DNA from: Escherichia coli
Lineage (GTDB): Bacteria > Pseudomonadota > Gammaproteobacteria > Enterobacterales > Enterobacteriaceae
Direction: 5' to 3' (one strand)
DNA: 64,000 nt
Assembly: GCF_003334815.1 (NCBI RefSeq)
Contig: NZ_QOWO01000018.1
In this document: positions 33,948 through 43,230 of the stretch, piece by piece
How positions within the stretch are numbered: the stretch's first letter is position 1
Layout of the letters: each line of letters begins with the position of its first letter
Position numbers and translations under genes: made by a program
Notes under the pieces: generated by a model
What the model was told of the DNA's origin: nothing
Databases searched by the model: none
Seen by the model: only the letters and a program-made list of their open reading frames with translations

Positions 33948-34935
33948 GAGCAACAGCTACCTGGAACAGGCGGCGATCCTGCTGCTGTGTCTGGGCGAAG
34001 AGGCGGCGGCGACGGTGATGCAAAAACTCAGCCGCGAAGAAGTAGTGCGCCTGAGCGAAAACATGGCGCGGCTTTCCGGCGTCAAAACCAGCATGGCGCG
34101 CAAAGTGATCAATAACTTCTTTGATGAGTTCCGCGAACAGAGCGGGATCAACGGCGCATCGCGATCCATGTTGCAGGGTATTCTCAACAAAGCCCTCGGC
34201 ACCGAGATCGCCAGCAGCGTGATCAACGGCATCTACGGCGATGAGATCCGCTCGCGGATGGCGCGCCTGCAATGGGTGGAACCACGCCAGCTGGCGATGC
34301 TGATCTCCGAAGAGCATTTGCAATTACAGGCGGTGTTCCTCGCGTTTCTGACGCCGGAAATCTCGGCGGCGGTGCTCTCGTATCTCAATGAATCGGTGCA
34401 AAACGAAATTCTCTATCGGGTGGCGAAACTCAACGACGTTAACCGCGACGTGGTGGATGAACTGGACAGGCTGATCGAACGCGGCCTGTCGGTGCTCTCT
34501 GAACATGGCTCGAAGGTGAAAGGCATCAAACAGGCGGCGGATATCGTCAACCGCTTCCAGGGTAACCAGCAGGTGATCCTCGACCAGATGCGCGAGCGCG
34601 ACGAAGAGGTGCTGGAGCAGCTCCAGGATGAGATGTACGACTTCTTTATCCTCAGCCGCCAGAACGAAGAGGTACGTCGACGTCTGCTCGACGAAGTGCC
34701 GATGGAAGACTGGGCGGTGGCGCTGAAAGGCACCGAAGCCCTGTTGCGGCGCTCGATTTACGCGGTAATGCCAAAACGTCAGGTGCAACAACTGGAAGCG
34801 ATCACCGCGCGCCTGGGGCCGGTGCCGGTCAGCCGTATCGAACAGATCCGCCGCGAAATCATGGGCATCGCCCGTGAACTGGAAGAGGCGGGCGAAATTC
34901 AGCTACAGCTCTTTGCGGAACAGACGGCGGAGTAA
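33925..34935 (+). CDS. lfiG: Lateral flagellar motor switch protein, FliG homologue
   Basis: 336-aa ORF, FliG-like, following FliF. Confidence 0.85.
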   Translation: MSELTTNKSNSYLEQAAILLLCLGEEAAATVMQKLSREEVVRLSENMARLSGVKTSMARKVINNFFDEFREQSGINGASRSMLQGILNKALGTEIASSVINGIYGDEIRSRMARLQWVEPRQLAMLISEEHLQLQAVFLAFLTPEISAAVLSYLNESVQNEILYRVAKLNDVNRDVVDELDRLIERGLSVLSEHGSKVKGIKQAADIVNRFQGNQQVILDQMRERDEEVLEQLQDEMYDFFILSRQNEEVRRRLLDEVPMEDWAVALKGTEALLRRSIYAVMPKRQVQQLEAITARLGPVPVSRIEQIRREIMGIARELEEAGEIQLQLFAEQTAE

Positions 34936-34938
34936 CCC

Positions 34939-35649
34939 ATGACCATTGAAACACTGCGCGGGCGCTATCGCCTGCACCGCTTCCCGCCGCGCCAGCGTGC
35001 GGTGACCGGAGAACCGCTCACCGCCAGCATTAGCGCCGCCGATTACCAGCGCCAGTTGATGGACGGTTTTCAGGAAGGGCTGCAAAAAGGTTTTGCTCAG
35101 GGAATGACCGAAGGTCAGGAGCAGGGCTTTAGCGAAGGTCATCAGCAAGGTTTTGCCGAGGGGCGACGCCAGGGCTACACCGAAGGCAGTCTCGCCGGGC
35201 AGCAGGAAGGGCGCAAACAGTTTGTTGAGGCGGCGCAGCCGCTGGAAGCCATCACCGGTAAAGTGAACGACTTTCTCGCCCATATCGAACGTAAACAGCG
35301 GGAAGATTTGCTGCAACTGGTGGAAAAGGTGACGCGGCAGGTGATCCGCTGCGAACTGGCGCTGCAACCGACGCAGTTGCTGGCGCTGGTGGAAGAGGCG
35401 CTGGCGGCCTTCCCGGCGATGCCGGAAACCCTGCAAGTGATGCTGAGTACGGAAGAGTTTAACCGCCTGCGCGACGCGGTGCCGGAAAAGGTCAGCGAAT
35501 GGGGGCTGACGCCTTCGCCGGATCTGCCACCGGGCGAATGCCGGGTGATCACCGACAAATCCGAACTGGATATCGGCTGCGAGCATCGCCTTGAACAATG
35601 CATGACCGCGCTGAAAGAAACACTCACGCCGGAGTCGCAGGGTGAGTGA
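34939..35649 (+). CDS. lfiH: Lateral flagellar export protein, FliH homologue
   Basis: 236-aa ORF with repeated GxxxG/EG-rich N-terminal region, between FliG and FliI homologues. Confidence 0.75.
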   Translation: MTIETLRGRYRLHRFPPRQRAVTGEPLTASISAADYQRQLMDGFQEGLQKGFAQGMTEGQEQGFSEGHQQGFAEGRRQGYTEGSLAGQQEGRKQFVEAAQPLEAITGKVNDFLAHIERKQREDLLQLVEKVTRQVIRCELALQPTQLLALVEEALAAFPAMPETLQVMLSTEEFNRLRDAVPEKVSEWGLTPSPDLPPGECRVITDKSELDIGCEHRLEQCMTALKETLTPESQGE

Positions 35650-36979
35650 TTTTTCTGCGTTCGATAACGCCCTGCGCTCGCTGGAGTCGATCCCGCTGGC
35701 CCGCGTCGCCGGGCGGCTGGTGCGCCTTAACGGCATCCTGCTGGAGAGTGTCGGCTGCCCGCTAATGACCGGGCAGCTGTGCCGCATCGAAAGTGCCAAT
35801 CACACGCTGATCGACGCGCAGGCCGTGGGCTTTAATCGCGACATCACCTATTTAATGCCGTTTAAACAGCCGGTCGGCCTGATGGCAGGCGCACGCGTCT
35901 TCCCGGAAGAAAAAGCCCACGACATCCTGATAGGCGAAAGCTGGTTAGGCCGCGTGGTGAATGGCCTCGGCGAACCGCTGGATGGCAAAGGCCGCCTGAA
36001 CGGCAACGACCTTCTGCCGCCGTTGCCGCCCTCGGTTAATCCCTTAACTCGTCGTTCGGTAGACGAACCGCTGGACGTGGGCGTGAAAGCGATCAACGGC
36101 CTGCTGACCATCGGCAAAGGCCAGCGCGTCGGACTAATGGCAGGCAGCGGCGTCGGGAAAAGCGTGCTGCTGGGGATGATCACCCGCCAGACCAAAGCCG
36201 ATATCGTGGTGGTTGGGCTGATTGGGGAACGCGGGCGCGAAGTGAAAGAGTTTATCGACCACTCGCTGGGCGCGGACGGGCTGGCAAAGTCTATCGTCGT
36301 CGTCGCGCCTGCCGATGAATCGCCGCTGATGCGTCTGAAAGCCACCGAACTGTGCCACTCCATCGCCGCCTGGTTTCGCGACCGCGGGCATCACGTCTTA
36401 CTGCTGGTGGATTCCCTGACCCGCTACGCGATGGCGCAGCGGGAAATCGCCCTCTCGCTCGGCGAACCGCCCGCCACCAAAGGTTATCCGCCATCGGCAT
36501 TCGGCATGATCCCCAAACTGGTCGAAAGCGCAGGCAACAGCGAAAGCGCGGGATCGATGACCGCCATCTACACCGTGCTGGCGGAAGGTGACGACCAGCA
36601 AGATCCGATTGTCGACTGCGCGCGCGCGGTGCTGGACGGGCATATCGTATTAACCCGCAAACTGGCGGAAGCGGGGCACTATCCGGCCATTGATATCGGC
36701 CAGTCGATCAGCCGCTGCATGAACCAGGTCACCAGCCTGGAACATCAGCAATCCGCCCGCGCGTTAAAGCAAAACTATGCCGCCTATATGGAGATCAAAC
36801 CTCTGATCCCGCTCGGCGGCTATGTGGCAGGTGCCGACGCCAGCGTCGACAAAGCGGTGAAAATGTTTCCGGCCATTGAGCGATTTTTGCGCCAGGAGAT
36901 GCGCGAACCCGCCTCCCTCGAACTGGTGCAAAGCCGCCTGCAAATCCTCTTTCCTTGTGCCAAAAAGGCAGAACAGTAA
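35642..36979 (+). CDS. lfiI: Lateral flagellum-specific export ATPase, FliI homologue
   Basis: 445-aa ORF with Walker A (GSGVGKSVLLGM) and Walker B (LLLVDSLTRYA). Confidence 0.9.
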   Translation: MSDFSAFDNALRSLESIPLARVAGRLVRLNGILLESVGCPLMTGQLCRIESANHTLIDAQAVGFNRDITYLMPFKQPVGLMAGARVFPEEKAHDILIGESWLGRVVNGLGEPLDGKGRLNGNDLLPPLPPSVNPLTRRSVDEPLDVGVKAINGLLTIGKGQRVGLMAGSGVGKSVLLGMITRQTKADIVVVGLIGERGREVKEFIDHSLGADGLAKSIVVVAPADESPLMRLKATELCHSIAAWFRDRGHHVLLLVDSLTRYAMAQREIALSLGEPPATKGYPPSAFGMIPKLVESAGNSESAGSMTAIYTVLAEGDDQQDPIVDCARAVLDGHIVLTRKLAEAGHYPAIDIGQSISRCMNQVTSLEHQQSARALKQNYAAYMEIKPLIPLGGYVAGADASVDKAVKMFPAIERFLRQEMREPASLELVQSRLQILFPCAKKAEQ

Positions 36980-36981
36980 CT

Positions 36982-37416
36982 ATGCGACAAATCATCGACA
37001 CCCTGGCGCAGTTGCAGCGCCTGCGGGATAAATCGGTCAAAGACAAAACCGTCGAGCTGGCAAAGCAAAAACAGATTTGCGCGGGTTATGACAACAATAT
37101 CAAGGCGTTAGGCTACCTTGTCGAGAAAACATCTGCGGGTGCGGCGGTGTCGGTGGAATCGCTGAAAAACGTCAGCGGCTACAAAGGCACCCTGCGCAAG
37201 GTAATCGCCTGGCAGGAGCAGGAAAAAACGCTGGCCAATATCAAAGCCACGCGAATGCAGAAAAACCTCACGGCGGCGGCGTGCGAAGAGAAAGTAGTCG
37301 CCCTGACGCTGGACGACAAACGCCGCGAGCAACAAGAAAGCGCCACGGCGAAAGCGCAAAAAGCGGTGGACGACATCGCCGTGCAGTGCTGGCTGCGGCA
37401 CAAATTAGCGGAGTAG
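36982..37416 (+). CDS. lfiJ: Lateral flagellar export chaperone, FliJ homologue
   Basis: Coiled-coil about 145-aa protein after FliI; ATG at 36982. Confidence 0.7.
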   Translation: MRQIIDTLAQLQRLRDKSVKDKTVELAKQKQICAGYDNNIKALGYLVEKTSAGAAVSVESLKNVSGYKGTLRKVIAWQEQEKTLANIKATRMQKNLTAAACEEKVVALTLDDKRREQQESATAKAQKAVDDIAVQCWLRHKLAE

Positions 37417-37418
37417 CC

Positions 37419-37814
37419 ATGAAAACGGTCATCACCTTCGGCACCTTCGATGTGTTTCATGTCGGTCATCTGCGCCTTTTACAACGCGCCCGCGCATTGG
37501 GCGAGCGGCTGCTGGTCGGCGTATCGTCCGACGCCCTGAACATCGCCAAAAAGGGCAGGGCACCGGTTTACCATCAGGATGACCGCATGGCGATCATCGC
37601 CGGGCTGGCGTGCGTGGATGGCGTATTTCTGGAAGAGTCGCTGGAGCAAAAAGCGGAGTATTTGCGCGGGTACAGTGCGGATATTTTAGTGATGGGGGAT
37701 GACTGGGCAGGGAAGTTTGACAGCTTTGCGTATATTTGTGAGGTGGTCTATTTCCCCCGCACGCCGTCGGTGTCGACGACGGGGATTATTGAGGTGATTA
37801 GAGGGCTTTTATAA
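37419..37814 (+). CDS. Glycerol-3-phosphate cytidylyltransferase (TagD-like, CDP-glycerol synthesis)
   Basis: 131-aa product MKTVITFGTFDVFHVGHLRLL...ILVMGDDWAGKFDSF...CEVVYFPRTPSVSTTGII with HxGH and RTxGISTT motifs; ATG at 37419. Confidence 0.8.
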   Translation: MKTVITFGTFDVFHVGHLRLLQRARALGERLLVGVSSDALNIAKKGRAPVYHQDDRMAIIAGLACVDGVFLEESLEQKAEYLRGYSADILVMGDDWAGKFDSFAYICEVVYFPRTPSVSTTGIIEVIRGLL

Positions 37815-37839
37815 AGTACTAAAACAGAGATGTATTTTC

Positions 37840-37930
<91 letters not shown>

Positions 37931-37931
37931 T

Positions 37932-40376
37932 TTACCCCAGCGCCTCCACAATCACAATCGCCGCCCGTTCTCCCGCCTTGCCATCCATAAACGCATCGCA
38001 ATAGTGATGGCGAATCTCCGTAAGCCGCGCCTGCACCGACCCCCAGTCAAACGCCTCTGACAACAAATAACGCAGTTCTGCAACATCATGAGCAACCGGC
38101 AATATTTCGCGGATTCGCTGGTCGGCGCTCTCTGCCGTGGAATAACTTTTCTCACCGTCGAGCAAATCATTCATGCCCGGAAAGTCGAGCAGGATCACCC
38201 GCTTATCAACGTGGATAGCATCGAAAATAAACCCGCTGTTATCGGTCAGCACGTAATCGGCTTTTGCCAGCAGCGCCAGCGTGTGGCGGGCGGAGTCGGT
38301 GCGCTGTTTTAAATGCCTGCGCACCAGGGCCAGCGATGCTGCTTCTTCCGGGCGTGAGCAGGTGCCATGGTGCAGTTTGCAAATCAGGTTCACATCACCG
38401 CTCAAGCGGCCCAATTTTTCAGCCCAGTGGGGCAGGGAGCTTAATGCGCCAAACGTTGGGGCATAGAGCACCGTAGGTTTACGGTAATCTGATTGGATGT
38501 TTTCCGGCAACGCGCGATCGAACGTGCCGTTATGCCAGGCGTCGAAGCGCGGGTTGCCGACCACTTTTGCGCTGCCGAAATGCGCCAGCGCCTGCTGACT
38601 GTAGTGGCTATAACACAAAATGCTTTGGTAAAAACGATTCCAGTCGGCGTGGTTCCACGTCTCTTTGGCTAAGCCGTACATAGCGCGGATGTTCACCGCC
38701 GCCAGGCCATTGAGCGCAGGCGTGTGGTAGGGGCTGACCAGGCATTTCACCCGCTGACCATGTGTCTGCATTTCTGACAGACGCATACCTTTAAGCTGCG
38801 GATCGTCGATGTTTTTCAGTGTTTCCAGCATCTCATCAAGAAACGGTTTAAACACGCGGTCATTGATCACTAGTGTGCAGCTCTGCCCCTGCGCCTGTAG
38901 AGCGGTGATGATTGGGCGGTACAGCGTGTAGTGGAATGAGGTTTCCATAAAAAAGCCGATGGTATCGGCGATGGGTAATGTAGATGGCTTGGTGGCTACG
39001 GGTAACTTATTGAAATAGTGAGCAATATTATCAGTCGTTTTTTTCTCGATATCACTAAAACCCGGTCGCTGGTAGCAAAGGCTCGGGTAACAGGCCAGCC
39101 ATTTGTCGGCGCGTAGCAGCGGCTGCCAGCAGGCTTCCAGCGAGTGCTCATCGTTGCTCATCTGCTGCGCCAGTTGCGGGTAGTAGCGGCTGTTCACCAG
39201 ATACGCGCACACTTTGCGGCAGTCCCGCGCGTGCACCAGCCCCGGCAAACTTTTTAGCATCGTTCCCTGCGAAATTTCGCCACCGAGGATCATCACCTGC
39301 CAGGGAATTTTCGCCAGGCTCGCCAGCAGCGTGTTCAGTACCTGAATATGTTTCTCCTGCTTGAGAATAACCGCGTCATCTTCCAGCAGCAGGTAGTTTT
39401 GCCAGCCGTGCTGTTGCGCCAGGCGCAGCGCCTGTAAGTGCGACTGACGGCGGCCCCGTTGACCGTTTTCATCTTCACTGGCGGCAAGGCGGGTGATCTT
39501 CTCAGGTGGAATATGCAGCAATGCCAGTTCTTCACGGATCTGTTGTAAGCGATCCGGGCGTTTATCCAGATTCAGCAGAACGATCTGATCGATCGCCTGA
39601 TGGTTGATCGCCTGGTGATGAGTGGCGTTATGCAGACTCAGATAAGCATTGCGCAGCAGCGGATCGCGGACGATATCCGTAAGCGCCGCGTTTACTGGCG
39701 TGCTGGCCCCGAGAATAAAATCTTTATCAAAGGTGTTGTGACTATGCGAGATACACAGAATCGTGCGCTCGCCGGGCAGTTGCAGCGGGTTTACGCTGAA
39801 ATTGTCGGTGAAACGTTTCTCTTCGCCTAAATTGCAATCATCGTCGTAACGGTGCTTTTTCAGGTAGTTACGGTGATAGCAAAAGGTGCCGTTGAGGATG
39901 TTATGCGGGCCAAAGCTGCGGCTTTGAAAGATGCGGTTGATGTGGCTGTACCAGATGGGGATCTGATCGGAGCCGGAGATGAGCGCCCGGTGTTTTTGCA
40001 TCATGGCGATGGTGTAAGAGATTTTATCTGCCGGGTAGTAGTCGTCATCGTCCATGCAGAGGATGTATTCGCCGCGCGCCAGTTCGTTGAGCATGTTGCG
40101 TTTTTTGCCCAGCGGCAGTTTTTCCGGGTGATGGATGTAGCGGATGTTAAAGGCTTCCGGCGTGCCATTGGTCAGGCGGTCGATGATGTGTTGATGGCTT
40201 TGTGGGGAATCGTCGAGGATGATGAGTTCGCGGCGGTCTGCCGGGTAATCCTGATAGCGGTACATATAGAGCAGGTACGGCAGGAATGCGCCGCGGTTCC
40301 AGGTTGGCGTGACGACGCTGACAAACGGTTTTTCGCGGTGGGTGTTGAGTGTTTTGATGATGGTTGGTGTTGGCAT
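37932..40376 (-). CDS. Multidomain glycosyltransferase (N-terminal GT-A/GT2-like, central GT25-like, C-terminal TagB/TagF-like CDP-glycerol glycerophosphotransferase)
   Basis: ORF 37932..40448; ATG at 40376 chosen (upstream residues lie in the inverted-repeat element); motifs VSVVTPTWNR, ILDDSP, DDDDYY, central VLLNLDKRPDRL, C-terminal VLYAPTF / YVLTDNSGFIFDAIHVDKRVILL. Confidence 0.65.
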   Translation of the reverse strand: MPTPTIIKTLNTHREKPFVSVVTPTWNRGAFLPYLLYMYRYQDYPADRRELIILDDSPQSHQHIIDRLTNGTPEAFNIRYIHHPEKLPLGKKRNMLNELARGEYILCMDDDDYYPADKISYTIAMMQKHRALISGSDQIPIWYSHINRIFQSRSFGPHNILNGTFCYHRNYLKKHRYDDDCNLGEEKRFTDNFSVNPLQLPGERTILCISHSHNTFDKDFILGASTPVNAALTDIVRDPLLRNAYLSLHNATHHQAINHQAIDQIVLLNLDKRPDRLQQIREELALLHIPPEKITRLAASEDENGQRGRRQSHLQALRLAQQHGWQNYLLLEDDAVILKQEKHIQVLNTLLASLAKIPWQVMILGGEISQGTMLKSLPGLVHARDCRKVCAYLVNSRYYPQLAQQMSNDEHSLEACWQPLLRADKWLACYPSLCYQRPGFSDIEKKTTDNIAHYFNKLPVATKPSTLPIADTIGFFMETSFHYTLYRPIITALQAQGQSCTLVINDRVFKPFLDEMLETLKNIDDPQLKGMRLSEMQTHGQRVKCLVSPYHTPALNGLAAVNIRAMYGLAKETWNHADWNRFYQSILCYSHYSQQALAHFGSAKVVGNPRFDAWHNGTFDRALPENIQSDYRKPTVLYAPTFGALSSLPHWAEKLGRLSGDVNLICKLHHGTCSRPEEAASLALVRRHLKQRTDSARHTLALLAKADYVLTDNSGFIFDAIHVDKRVILLDFPGMNDLLDGEKSYSTAESADQRIREILPVAHDVAELRYLLSEAFDWGSVQARLTEIRHHYCDAFMDGKAGERAAIVIVEALG

Positions 40377-40401
40377 GGTGTTTGGGTGAGTTAATGGGTG
40401 A

Positions 40402-40548
40402 ATGTGATGAATGTGCGCGCTGATGCCCTCACCCCAACCCTCTCCCACAGGGAGAGGGAGAAAATCAGCGCCGATTTTAACACTGTGCTCGATCGGTCCC
40501 CTCGCCCCTTTGGGGAGAGGGTTAGGGTGAGGGGCAAAGCGCGCACAG
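40402..40548. mobile_element. MITE-like element with about 35-bp terminal inverted repeats (family unassigned)
   Basis: Left arm tgtgcgcgctgatgccctcaccccaaccctctccc (40402..40436) and right arm, reverse-complemented, tgtgcgcgctttgcccctcaccctaaccctctccc (40514..40548); internal palindrome ccctctccc/gggagaggg. Confidence 0.55.
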
Positions 40549-40554
40549 AGCGAC

Positions 40555-41484
40555 TCACGTTAGCAGCGAAAACGCTGAAAGCAGCGGGTCGGCGGCACAT
40601 AACGACTGAATTTGCTGGCGAACCAACAGCGCATTTTCACTGGCTCGCCAGCGTTCAAACATGGCAAAGAGGGCGAAAATATCCTCCTGCCGCAGCGAAG
40701 AACCATCCAGCGTCCATAAACTGATTAACGTGCGGAGGAGATAAAAATCGCACACCAGCGGGAAATAATCCGCCCCGTCAGTCTGCCCAATCACATCGTG
40801 GTAAACGCGGTAAATCAGCCAGTTACGCATCATCCAGGGCGCGGTGGCAAAATGCTGTTGCCAGGTGGTTTGCCACTGCGTCTGAAGCTGCTGTTGTAAC
40901 AGGGCTTCGCTGTTAGCGTCATGCAGCGTCAGCAAAGGCATCTGCAACGGCAGCGAAGTTTTGCGCGGGCTTTCCGGCAAAATCGACCAGTCAAACGTAA
41001 AACTCCCGAGTAACGTGGCCAGGTGACGCGCCAGCTGTGGCACGGGCGGCAGCTGGGCGAACTGTGCCTGTAGGATGCCTTTTTTCGCATGATCGGCCAG
41101 CGCCTGCGGCAGCGTCGTCAAACGGGCAAGAATATCTCCGTCTCTGCCCGGCATTTTACTGGCGCGGGAGAGCAGGATACCGACGGCATACAATGACAGT
41201 TCTGGTGTTAAATCACGGAGCGTGAGGGTACTCAAAATCACCTGGTTTACTATCGCATCGCGCGCGGAAAGCTCTGCGGCATTTTCTTCCACAGGACGGT
41301 AGGTGAGCTGTAAATCAAAGGCCCTGACATCGTTGAGCATCGCTTCGCAGCTTTCTGGCTCTGTCAGCATCAGGCTCAGGCGAATCTCGTTTTTCCACAC
41401 CTTGCGGACGTATAAAGGCGAACCGGGGTATTGCGTCATAAAATTGCGCACGTATTCCGGTTCGTAACATTCAATAAAACTCAT
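40555..41484 (-). CDS. Hypothetical protein (Flag-2 accessory, unknown function)
   Basis: 309-aa ORF from the ATG at 41484; no recognisable motifs; sigma-54-type promoter upstream. Confidence 0.6.
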   Translation of the reverse strand: MSFIECYEPEYVRNFMTQYPGSPLYVRKVWKNEIRLSLMLTEPESCEAMLNDVRAFDLQLTYRPVEENAAELSARDAIVNQVILSTLTLRDLTPELSLYAVGILLSRASKMPGRDGDILARLTTLPQALADHAKKGILQAQFAQLPPVPQLARHLATLLGSFTFDWSILPESPRKTSLPLQMPLLTLHDANSEALLQQQLQTQWQTTWQQHFATAPWMMRNWLIYRVYHDVIGQTDGADYFPLVCDFYLLRTLISLWTLDGSSLRQEDIFALFAMFERWRASENALLVRQQIQSLCAADPLLSAFSLLT

Positions 41485-41518
41485 AGGTGGCTTCCAGTCT
41501 TTAATGCTGTGCAGGATG

Positions 41519-41534
41519 TGCAATAAGCGTGCCG
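41519..41534 (-). promoter_or_regulatory. Sigma-54-type promoter (-24 GG / -12 GC) upstream of the hypothetical/glycosyltransferase genes
   Basis: Minus strand reads CGGCACG-CTTA-TTGCA (plus strand tgcaataagcgtgccg), matching TGGCACG-N4-TTGCA at 14 of 15 fixed positions with correct GG/GC spacing; about 35 bp upstream of the ATG at 41484. Confidence 0.55.
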
Positions 41535-41611
41535 GGATTTTTTGTAGTCAAAAACAAGGGATTGGCAATCAGGCGGAAAATCCGTTTCCGCGATGGGGGA
41601 AGGTATTGTCG

Positions 41612-42040
41612 TTATTCCTGATACAGAAAATCTGCTTCGCTGCCTAAAAACGACTGAATAAATTCATACTGGCGAATCAACAACTCGCCGTTTTTATCGT
41701 TGTAGGCTTTGCAGCGTTCCGCTTTTTGCTCAAGGTGTTGCCACAATTGTTGTGCTGCCGCTTTTTGTACCGCCGGAAGCCAGGCAAACACCTGCGCCAG
41801 ACCGTCACGATTTACGCTAACACCGAGCATTTTCAGCAGGCTATGCCGCTGATGGCTATGGCTGTGTAACTGCTCATAGTGATGCGTAATCTCATCGTTT
41901 ACCGCCAGCAACTCCTCGCTGGCGCGGCGAATCATGCAGATCCGCTGGCGCTGGAGACGTTCGCGCAGGGAATCATACAGCGCGTCGTCGTCACGAATTC
42001 CCTGCAACAACGCCTTCACCTGTTGTAACCGGATACTCAC
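41612..42040 (-). CDS. lfgN: Lateral flagellar chaperone, FlgN homologue
   Basis: 142-aa ORF downstream of the FlgM homologue; FlgN-like size and helical character. Confidence 0.65.
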   Translation of the reverse strand: MSIRLQQVKALLQGIRDDDALYDSLRERLQRQRICMIRRASEELLAVNDEITHHYEQLHSHSHQRHSLLKMLGVSVNRDGLAQVFAWLPAVQKAAAQQLWQHLEQKAERCKAYNDKNGELLIRQYEFIQSFLGSEADFLYQE

Positions 42041-42052
42041 TTCATCGGCCTC

Positions 42053-42331
42053 TTAGTTCTGGAAAAAACTCAGCATGTCGCTGGCTAACTGTTCAGTGTC
42101 CACTTGCGGGCTGCCGGACGCCAGCATCGCCTGCACTTGCGCCACTTTGTTGCTGTCGATATCGCTCTCTTGCTGGTCGTTCAGCGTTTGCTGGGCAGAC
42201 TGCAATCCCGCCTGAGTAATGTCGTCGGCGCTCAGCGTCGTGGTGGTGGTCGCCGTGGTTTTGCGCGGCTGGCTGGAGCCTGCCGTTGTGGTTGTTGGGC
42301 GATTGCCTGGCATAGTCGGGGTGATTTTCAT
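42053..42331 (-). CDS. lfgM: Anti-sigma-28 factor, FlgM homologue
   Basis: 92-aa ORF with Thr-rich N-terminus and conserved FlgM C-terminal region (ASGSPQVDTEQLASDML). Confidence 0.7.
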   Translation of the reverse strand: MKITPTMPGNRPTTTTAGSSQPRKTTATTTTTLSADDITQAGLQSAQQTLNDQQESDIDSNKVAQVQAMLASGSPQVDTEQLASDMLSFFQN

Positions 42332-42411
42332 CGCAACCTCGTCTCGGTATTTGGGTGGGTTACTCCGGTAAAGCGGTTAACAGGCGGCAAAACTTTAATC
42401 GCCAGCGCAAA

Positions 42412-43149
42412 TTACTCCGCGCTTACCGTTGTCACCACGCCGCTTTCCGCCACCATCGCGCTGATGACCCGCTGGCTGCTGGCGTTACGCACTTTCACCA
42501 TCTCGCCTTTGCGACCATTTTTCAGCGTCACGCCGGGCATCGAGGCGGTGATCCCCGCGCTCTGGTAAACAATCATCACCGGCTGATCGCGCCCGACCAG
42601 CACCGGAGACACCAGCTCTTCTTTGGTGATTGGCCTGCCTGGTTGCAGCGCGTGTTTACTGCTGAAACCAATCGCGTCATCGAGTTCCATCAACACCTCC
42701 CTGCGCTGGGCGCTGACGTTGTAGGGCTTCAACTCCACATCATTTGCCGTGAGCGGCGTATCGCGGGCAACCAGTGACTTTGTCATCACCACCGGCACCA
42801 GCACATCCGGGCGCACCGCCACGTTCATCTGCCAGCTTTGCGGGCAACTGACGGTGAAGTTCATCCGGTTGAGGGCGATTTCCGCAGGCGAAGTGAGCGT
42901 AACGCCGGGTGTAGTCGCACAGGGCGCGGCGGTCGCAATCTGCGAGGGAATGTAGACCTTAAAGGTGTAGTGATAGTCATGCCACTGCCGCTGTTGCGCC
43001 AGCGATTCAATTTTTTGGCTCGCGGCATTCAGCACCTGGGCGTTGACTTGTTCCCGCGCGCTGTGCTGCACGGGGTGGACGGCGGCGTAGCCCGGTAAGG
43101 CCAGCGCCAGGAGGAAATAAAACTTCCGCCTGCAAAATTGAAAACTCAT
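42412..43149 (-). CDS. lfgA: Lateral flagellar P-ring assembly chaperone, FlgA homologue
   Basis: Signal peptide plus FlgA-like C-terminal domain; ATG at 43149; divergent from lfgB. Confidence 0.7.
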   Translation of the reverse strand: MSFQFCRRKFYFLLALALPGYAAVHPVQHSAREQVNAQVLNAASQKIESLAQQRQWHDYHYTFKVYIPSQIATAAPCATTPGVTLTSPAEIALNRMNFTVSCPQSWQMNVAVRPDVLVPVVMTKSLVARDTPLTANDVELKPYNVSAQRREVLMELDDAIGFSSKHALQPGRPITKEELVSPVLVGRDQPVMIVYQSAGITASMPGVTLKNGRKGEMVKVRNASSQRVISAMVAESGVVTTVSAE

Positions 43150-43178
43150 AAACCCTTTCTCATCAGTCACTTAAAAAA

Positions 43179-43193
43179 TGGCACGGCGATTGC
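43179..43193 (+). promoter_or_regulatory. Sigma-54 promoter upstream of lfgB
   Basis: Perfect TGGCAC-N5-TTGC (tggcacggcgattgc), about 40 bp upstream of the proposed lfgB start. Confidence 0.7.
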
Positions 43194-43230
43194 TTAGCGT
43201 ATGCGGATTGAAGCAGGAGTGACGCAGGAA

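Noticed and set aside
32322-36643. Minus-strand ORFs opposite lfiF, lfiG, lfiH and lfiI (for example 32322..32897, 33428..33943, 34903..35799, 35848..36363)
   Set aside because: All lie antisense to the collinear FliF-G-H-I genes in high-GC sequence; no RBS or motif support.
40402-40548. Assignment of the inverted-repeat element to the ERIC/IRU family
   Set aside because: The terminal repeats do not match the ERIC consensus as I recall it; left as an unassigned MITE-like element.
40391-40724. ORFs 40398..40724 (+) and 40391..40600 (-) overlapping the inverted-repeat element
   Set aside because: Their translations (for example ...LTLTLSPKGRGDRS...) arise from reading through the palindromic element; no RBS; better explained as a non-coding repeat.
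43201-43230. ORF-track start for lfgB at 43201
   Set aside because: That ATG lies only 8 bp downstream of the sigma-54 -12 element, at or before the expected transcription start; the in-frame ATG at 43231 with a purine-rich upstream stretch is more plausible.
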